Source of the DNA: Lingula anatina
Taxonomy: Eukaryota; Animalia; Brachiopoda
Reading direction: 5' to 3'
Length of the DNA: 64,000 bases
Assembly (NCBI GenBank): GCA_051362555.1
Contig: CM120647.1
Span: forward strand, 17,584,651-17,648,650
In this document: one piece after another, positions 41,901 to 50,900 of the stretch
Position numbering within the stretch: the first letter of the stretch is position 1
How the letters are laid out: each line of letters opens with the position of its first letter
Program-made: the position numbers and the translations under genes
Notes under the pieces: generated by a model
Databases searched by the model: none
The model's input: the letters and a program-made list of their open reading frames with translations, nothing else
Told to the model about the DNA's origin: nothing

Positions 41901-44900
41901 ATGGCGGAGAGTGGGTCGGCGCCTCCATGGTCTGCAGACGTGAGTGGAAGGAATTTAGAATATGGAAGCAGATTTAGGCTGTGAACATATGTCTGTTCTG
42001 GAAAATGGGTTAGAATAATCCAGAATGACTTACTGATTTCGATGTCAGCCTGCATCTGTTAAGATTAGCATATCGAATTTTTATTTTTCTTTTGTGTTAC
42101 CTTGTGTGGTAGCACTGCAGTTTACAACTGTTAATAAGAAAACTGTTCATTCCAATTAAAATCTGGTTTTTTGTCCATATGAAAAATGGCCAGGATATTT
42201 GTTTCATTGCCTGCACTGATATTTCTGCTTTAGACTTTCATCAAAGTATATCAAGTTTTATACACCTATCATAATTATATGATACATTTGAAATGAAGTA
42301 ATCAACTTCCTTATCATTCTGCATTTTCAGCTGGTTGTTCAGCATCTCCTCCTGTTGTGGCAGGTACCACAAACGATGCAAGTGGCGGCCCCTATGAACA
42401 GAACTCTGTGGTGACGTACTCGTGTAATTCTGGCACTGTACAGACAGGTGGTAACGCCGCCCTGGTGTGCGGGAGTGACGGCGAGTGGGCGGGGTCTCTT
42501 ATTATTTGTGCAGGTCAGTGTGCCCAGAAGTTTGACAGTAAGGACTCAGTGTTTTTAATGGGGAAATTTGTGAATTTTACAGAGACTGTAACATACAATT
42601 TTAAGTCTTGAATTCTTAAAGTTAGCACATTCCAATTGAGTGGTAGCAAAAAACTGTAAGGCACCACAAATGCTACACAGAAAGAAATATTTTTGTGATA
42701 ATGACAATGAATCAATAAGTTGACAGTAATTATTTAAGATAAATATGAGTCCAGTAATAGATTAACATTCATGTAAAACATGACAGGATGACTAATTATC
42801 AACTATGTGGTGTAACCACTTATTTATTCATTCATTTCTATCAGCTGGCTGCACTGAGGCGCCCCCTATAGTACCACGTACTACCAACAATGCAGGACCA
42901 GGACCATATGTTAATGGGGCCAGCGTGACCTACTTCTGTGCCAGGGGAAATGTCGCTGTGAGTGGGGACACCACATTGACCTGCCGGGATGGGAATTTTG
43001 TAGGAAGACATCTTGAGTGTGAACGTGGGTATTGACTCTATAAAGTGACATTGTTATACTTAACTTTGTTTAAAATAAGTTTCTTCAACGTGTTTCTGAT
43101 ATTAAAGTTTACCTATTGTGAGAAACAATTTCTTCATTTAAAGCAATATTGGGATGTAAAGTCCCCTTATTTTCTGGTATTGCACTGGTACATGTGCATA
43201 AATTTATTATTTTTATCATTTTATCATTTTAATTGACATACCAAATACCTACTAGTTTTTCTGTATCCATATTTCCATATATTAAATGTAAAAATTCAAC
43301 TGTTCAACATTAGCTTAAATGATCATAATTGACAATATTGTAGCTGGCTGTGCTGAGATGCCCCCTGATGTCCCCCTGTCTGTCTACCTGTCCTCCCAGT
43401 CAGGGGTCTACCTGGAGGGGCAGCAGGTTACTTACCTGTGTATCAGTGGGACTATTAAAGTGTTTGGAGGGATCCTCACCTGTAGAGGCGGGGTGTATGA
43501 GGGAGAGAGGATTGTCTGTCAAAGTAAGAAGTTTGTTTATATTCATTTATGAAATGTTGTGGGGAATTTTAATGTTGTTTCGAAAAGGTATATGAAATGA
43601 TTATTTTCTTTAAGGGTGTTTTATTATTTTTTTTCATTTGTATTTTATTCTTGGTAATTAATGTTTTAATAGTAAAACACAATAATTAATTTTTTTTACT
43701 TCTTAAAAAGTACATTAAAATTAAGATTTTATTGTTATTTTTTATGGTATTATTTTCTTATTATTTGATTAGGACTGAAGTGATATTTTGTGAACATCAA
43801 GAATTATGTCAGTTAGTTTCATTAAATTTAAATAAAATTATGATTTCATTTTAAGTTTCATGTGGACAATTTTGTCAAAAAATTCTTTCTACAATTTTCA
43901 CAAAAAATATTTCCAGGAGGATGTTTGCAGTCTCCTCCAACCATCACCAATGCCATCTTGGAGACTGAAAGCAACAGAATTGTAGAGGGCACTAAGATCA
44001 GTTACAGATGCCGGGAAGGATACATAAAGATTGGTGGTGACAGTGAGCTGACATGCAGCAATGGTGAATTTGAGGGAGCAAGGATTGTCTGTGCAGGTAT
44101 GGCATATTTATAAAATTCACAGTCAGTAGACAAAAATGTTGTCATATAATTAGGTAATAATGTTGGGTATGCAATCTCCATTTGTGCCTCCAATAAAGTT
44201 ATTTATGACCATTGAAGCAAATTTTGGACAAACGGGACTTTTTGTGACCTTCAAAGCACATTTTGCACAAGAAAATGTTTTGTATCTGTCAGAAGATGAA
44301 GGAATATTGTTTTGTTGTTAGTTTAATAAAACTAGACAACAACTAAGTAAACTGTAATCTTTATTCCTATAAATATTTAAGCTGGCTGCACTGGGGCACC
44401 CCCTTCACTTCTCTATGCCACACACAATGGTGTCGCCCCCTACACTGAGGGTGAAGTTGTTACATATAGTTGTGTTGACGATGCTCGTCAAACTGGAGGA
44501 AGTAATACTCTGACCTGCCAACAGGGGGAGTTCAGGGGCACAAGGATTGTTTGTACAAGTAAGCAACTTCTTTCTTTCTAGCTAATAGTGAAAGTGTGTA
44601 AGAGTTAAAAATAAAGTTCCTGTATTTGATACAGTGTTTTAAAAGGGAAAATATCAGGAAAAAAGTAACATTTTTTCTTGTTTTCCTCTCTTTTTACCAG
44701 TTTCTCTCTCCATTTCTGAAATTTAAATAATAATAATTTATTATGCATTTGATTTATTTTAATTCCAGAGGACACTATCCCAACAAACACATGCTCAATG
44801 CCACCTAGTGTGCAGTTTGCAGTGCATAACGCAGAAGGCAGCCTGTTCACAGATGGCGCTGTGGTCACCTACAGCTGTGTGTCAGGTTATCTCCAGATTG

Positions 44901-47900
44901 GCGATGATACTGAGCTGACATGTAGAAATAGACAGTGGGTCGGCACTCTTATACAGTGTGCAGGTATTAAGTTTCATCTTTTTGAATGATTTTTTTAAAT
45001 GTGTGTCTTGGTATGTGGTTTGAGGTTCCTTTGGTTACATTTGCATGGTCCCATATCTTTATGCAAATCTCTTTTGATGGATGGATTAGGAATTACTCAA
45101 CAAAGTATTTAAACAGGACACATAACCTCCCCAAAAACAAAGTGTTCCTCTATTGTTAAAAGATGCACTGGTGACTGTTTAACTTACGGATACCATATCT
45201 TGGTCTAAATGTGACCACCAAACAAAGTTTGGTCTGATACCTCCCTTAACAACACAATTGTATTTTCATTTATTTATTTATTTATTTATTTATTTCCAGC
45301 TGGCTGCGTGGTGACCCCTCCCAATGTGGTCAATGCGGTGTTCACCGTACCCTCCTCTCCCTACGTGGAGGGTATGAGGGCCAACTACACCTGTACTGAT
45401 GGCTATTACAGGGCCAGTGGAAGCTACAACTTACTCTGTTCTGGTGGCTCTTGGGTAGGACAGAGGATAGTGTGTCAGCGTAAGTACTGCCCTGTCCTTG
45501 GGTCAGATATAGCAGGTTTCAGTGATAATGCTATGTAAGTCAGTCAGTTATGTTTTACATTAGTAAAGTTTTAAACTCTTATTGCAGTCCAATTGATGAT
45601 GATGCATCTCTCTCAGACTTCCTCTGAGATGGACTGAAATATCTGGGAGAGAGAGAGAAAGAGAAAGAGAGATACAAAAATGTCTATTAAACAAAATCTA
45701 AGCCTATTTATAATATGTTAAAGATAATTATTTAGTCAATTAAGTTATTCAAGCAATACAGTCAGTGAAAGTAAAAAAAAAAATCTATTTTCAATGTACT
45801 GTATCACTGAGTGTCATGGTGTCCAAGTGATTGTGTTAATGTTGTGGTTGTAACAAATACAGCTCCATCAATATACTTGGGAAACATCAATAAATTATGC
45901 CTCGTACATGTACATGTATCTGCCTTACATGTGGATGAATCTTGCTGTAACGCATTATTGAAATTTCTTGATTCCATCATTTAATCTGAAGTAAAATTAT
46001 TTCAGCTGGTTGTAAAGATGCCCCCAGCATCCAACACACCTTCAGAACTGGAGATGGTCCCTATAACAATGGCTACTCTGTCAGCTACACATGTCAGGCA
46101 GGATTCATTGAGACACATGGCTCTAGAGTGCTGACATGTCAGAATGGAATCTGGATGGGAGAGCTGCTGGTCTGCCAGGGTGAGTGGGATTGTGTTAGTT
46201 GTGACATTGTCAAGGGTAATTGTTGGGTGAGATACTGTTCTGCCAGGATGATTTCGACATTGTGGTATGTGTGATTTCTTGTGTTAGTTGAGATGTTTCT
46301 CTCAGGGTTGGTATTTTAAAAGTTTGTTCTCTATGGTTATGTGGTATTTTGTCACCTTTGGTAGTTTTAATGTAAAGTGTTGAGTACTTCTTTGTTTTGA
46401 AGAATGATGTTGCTTTGTAAGACATGGCTTTTTTCCATGAATGTTTATTTTAGCCAAGTATTTACTTACTACATAATCAGCTGAAAATTGGTTGTTTGAT
46501 TTGGTCTGAATTGAATTTCAAGAGATGATGATGTTAACTATTAAGTATAATGTAATGTTTTTTTTCTGTTTTAATTAAATTTTGATAAATGTTTAATCAT
46601 ATTTTGTTAACTTTCAGCTGGGTGCTCAGGTCCTCCCCCTACCATTGCAAACACTGTGTTAGTGTCAGTGTCCACGCCATATGTAGAGACCACTATCGCC
46701 ACCTATAGGTGTGCTTCTGGATACCAAAGGAGTAGGGGCAGCTTCACATTGGTCTGTAGGAACAGCAACTGGCAGGGGGCACTGTTACAATGCACAGGTA
46801 ACTGAGAAATTCAATATAGATTGATGACTGATTATAAAACATACTTCTTTTCCTTGTTTCTAATGTGGTTAGCAGTTTTATAAAATGAGATATGATATTA
46901 AGAAGGATTTGTGCCATTATGGTGTCAATTTCCTTCAAACTTAAAGCTGCATTTTAATCCAACATATGTTGTCTAGATATTTTCATCATTCAGACTTTTG
47001 TATTGTTATGAATGATTAGTATCATTTATTTATGTTTATTATTTTTATAATCTATTAAAAGGCGCAGACACAGACAGTTGCAGTGAGCCCCCCTTTGTCA
47101 CTGGAGCAACCAATGATGCCACTGGTGCCCCCTATGCACAGGGTCAGCTTGTGCGCTATTCCTGCACTACTGGAAATATACCAGTAGGTGGCGCTGAGGT
47201 GTTGCGGTGCCAATCTGGTGCATGGGTGGGAGAAATTCTACAGTGCCAAGGTAATTTAGTCCTTTTCCAAATATTATTTTTTGGATGGGTCCTTTGGCTT
47301 ATATCACAAAGCCACTTTATATCAAGGTTGTAAGGGCATTAATATTGTGAGTACATAAAATCTCATGAAATAGGTCCAAGGGGATGGTATCACTGAAGTG
47401 TTTTAGACCAAAATTTAGTCTTAATTTATTGGAATGACAAAAGATTTATTTACTTTGGATTGTAAAAACAATATGTGCAGTTGTCAACTTAAATGGTGCT
47501 GAATATTGTTCTTAAACAGTAACTGTAGTGCTTGATTCGTCAGAAAAGCCAAGTGCAGTGCTCCATTTCAATAATCAAATTTCTTTCTCAGCGGGATGTG
47601 CCGAGCCACCACCTTTCATCTTCGGTGCCACATATGTTGGGGCACCAATCATTGGGATGACAGGACCACAGGGGTCCACCGGCCCCCAGGGACTCCCTCC
47701 TCCGCCCTATGTCACCCAGGGGACTCAGATCCAGTATACGTGTGACGTGAGAAGGGTCCAGACTGGAGGATCCAGTGTGCTTACCTGTAACAATGGGAAC
47801 TATGTGGGAGAGAGGATACGCTGTGAACGTGAGTGGGAGTTCTGGATTTCTTCAATCTTGTTGTACTTTGAGAAGAAAATCCTTTGGATTTATGTGGCAA

Positions 47901-50900
47901 TTTTGGTGTGGTATTTAAGCCTTGTAGATCCCCAATATAGACTTTGAGCCTCTTTGAAGCTTGCATTTTCACTTTGTTTCAAAGTTCACTTTTGTTTTAC
48001 TTCTATATCAGTGTTGAATTATTTTAAATTGTTCTTCAAAGATATTTTCCTGTTATTCTTCATCAGACATCTTTTTTTTTTTATTTTGCTCTTTTGTTTG
48101 TCTGTCAGTCTGCATCTGACTCTGTCTGAAGGTCTCTCTGTGTTCTCACATAATCACAGGATAGTGCCTAGATGATGGTTGTGGTTCAGTTGAGATAATA
48201 ATATAGTACATGTATGACATGCCTTCAAAAAGACTTGGTCAAAAACTTGATAAGGTAAAGGAGACTGTTAGCAGTATAAATTCCAGGATTGCAATTGTCT
48301 TGCTGCTTCTAAAAGTATTATGCTTTGATTTATCATACTGTCAAATAACATCAAATATAATGTAATCAGATTTGCTTAGGTGAGCGTATTTATTTTGATA
48401 TATAATATACCATTAATACATTTCAGTTGGATGTAGTGGTACTCCACCATCAATAGGGTTTGCCATCCATGATGGTAGTGCCCCCTATAGGGAGGGAGAT
48501 GTTATTACATACAGCTGTGTTGAGGGAGCGCGTCAAGTAGGTGGCAGTAACTCTCTGACCTGCCTCCAGGGGGCATTCCAGGGCACAAGGATCATTTGTC
48601 AAAGTAAGTTAAAAATTTTAAACACTTCTTTTTGTTCTTATGTTACTTTTTTAGAATTTATCATGTTAAGCCATCCATGAAAACAAATAACAAACAAAAT
48701 TCATGAAAATTATTCTTTTATATTTTCCAGGAAATGTAACCCCAAGCAATCAGTGTTCAGTGCCACCTACAATTATGTTTGCTCAACACAATGGAGTTGG
48801 AACTTTATTCACAGATGGCGCTGTTATCACATACAGTTGTGTTTCATCCTATGTCCAGATAGGTGGAGATGCAGAGTTGACCTGCAGGAATAGACAGTGG
48901 GTGGGAAGCCGTATTCAGTGCACACGTATGTGTTCATTATTGCCCTGCCTGATTTAGGAGCAGTAGATTATTTTCAATATTTAAGTTGACAAAGGGGTTT
49001 ATAATCTGTACATCATTAAGATGGGTTTTGATTTTGTTTATATGACACTGCTTGTAAATGTTAAACAGAATTTCAAGAAAGAAAAAAATATAAAATTTCT
49101 TGTTGTTAATTGTAGTCATTTTCATTCTTATTTATTAACATATTTTTTGTTTATTTTCTTTTGTGTATCTTTACATCGTTTGTTTATTATGTATTTGCAT
49201 ATATTTGTCTGTTTATTTATTTATTTATTTATTTATTTATTCAAATATTATTATTTTCTTTTGTGTTTCTTTACACCATTTGTTTATTTATTACATATTT
49301 GCATATATTTGTCTGTTTATTTATTTATTTATCCATTATTTATCCAATGTTTCCAGTTGGCTGTGTAATGGCACCCCCAGAAATCATGAATGCAGTGTAC
49401 ACCATAGAGCAGGCACCCTATGTGGATGGTATGAGAGCAGTGTACTCCTGTAGTGAAGGCTTCTACAGGGTCAGTGGGAACTTCAACTTGATGTGCTCTG
49501 GAGGCTCTTGGACTGGTCAGAGAATAGTGTGTCAGCGTAAGTTTTTAGTACCAGATTAGTATTATAATTTTAGGGTCTTTAAGTCAAAGTGCTCTTTAAG
49601 AAATTATTATGAATCGCTTAAAATGCAGTTTATCATAATAAAATACTTTTGAGTTCAAAGATCAGGGATGAGATTTGTCCAACTATTTCCAATATTTAGA
49701 GGCCAAACAAGGTATTTCTGAGATCAGTGGGGGTTTGCCATAAAAACGGGGAGAGGGGTATGTCTGGCCTCCATGTAATATTTTTAGACCTTTTCACTAA
49801 ATGTCAGTCTCATCACTGGCTCACCAATGTCAATATTTGATTACAGCTGGCTGTAAAGAGGCCCCCAGCATCCAACACACCGTCAGAACTGGAGATGGTC
49901 CCTATAACAATGGCTACTCTGTCAGCTACACATGTCAGGCAGGATTCATTGAGACACATGGATCTAGAGTGCTGACATGTGAAAATGGAATCTGGATGGG
50001 AGAGCTGCTGGTCTGCCAAGGTGAGTGGGATTGTGTTAGTTTGGGTGAGATAATGGTCTGCTAGGGTGAGTGGGATTGTGTTAGGTGTGACATTGCCAGG
50101 GTTTTTGTGTTGGGTGAGATACTGGTCAGTCAGGAAAGGTCAAGTATGAATTCTTGGAACTGCATTCTCATCATTGCTTTGGATTGGAATAAGCTTGCAT
50201 GTATTTGGAAAAATATTATTTAGCTCTTGAAATTTGGTTCATTGATGTTGCAACTTTAGCCTGTTTCCTTTCTTAATTAACAATATATGAACACAATTTT
50301 GCTGGAGACTGTGTTTAAATATAATCAAAAGATACACATAGATCCGACTATGTCCTCTGTTAGTATACAGAATAGCCGCAGGATGAAAATGCATTGATTT
50401 CTGTTGAAATTTCAGATGGTTGCTTACAACACCCACCAACCCTGCCCAATGCTATATTATCATCTGTGTCCACTCCATATGTAGAGACTACTATCGCCAC
50501 CTATAGGTGTGCTCCAGGGTATCAAAGAACTGCCGGCAGTTACATGTTAGTCTGCATGAATAAAAACTGGCTAGGAGCACCTCTGCAATGCTCAGGTAAA
50601 TATGTGTATCATTTTTGTAAAAAATCAGTTTCTCTATGCATTTCCCAAAAGTCATAAATTCAAAACTCTTTTTCAGAAACCTTTAAGCTCCTAAGCTGAC
50701 CCAAATTATATATGGCATAAAACCTTAATCAGACTTTGATGCAAAATGGACTTTTTCTGACCAAGAGAGCAGTCCTTTTTTTTTAATTCCCTTGAACCAC
50801 ACTGATTGTGGGCCTGTAACAGTAATAACTGAGGGCATGCCAAAGCACTATTTATAATAAACATATGCAGGTCAATGTAGTAGTCTACTGACTTTTTGCA

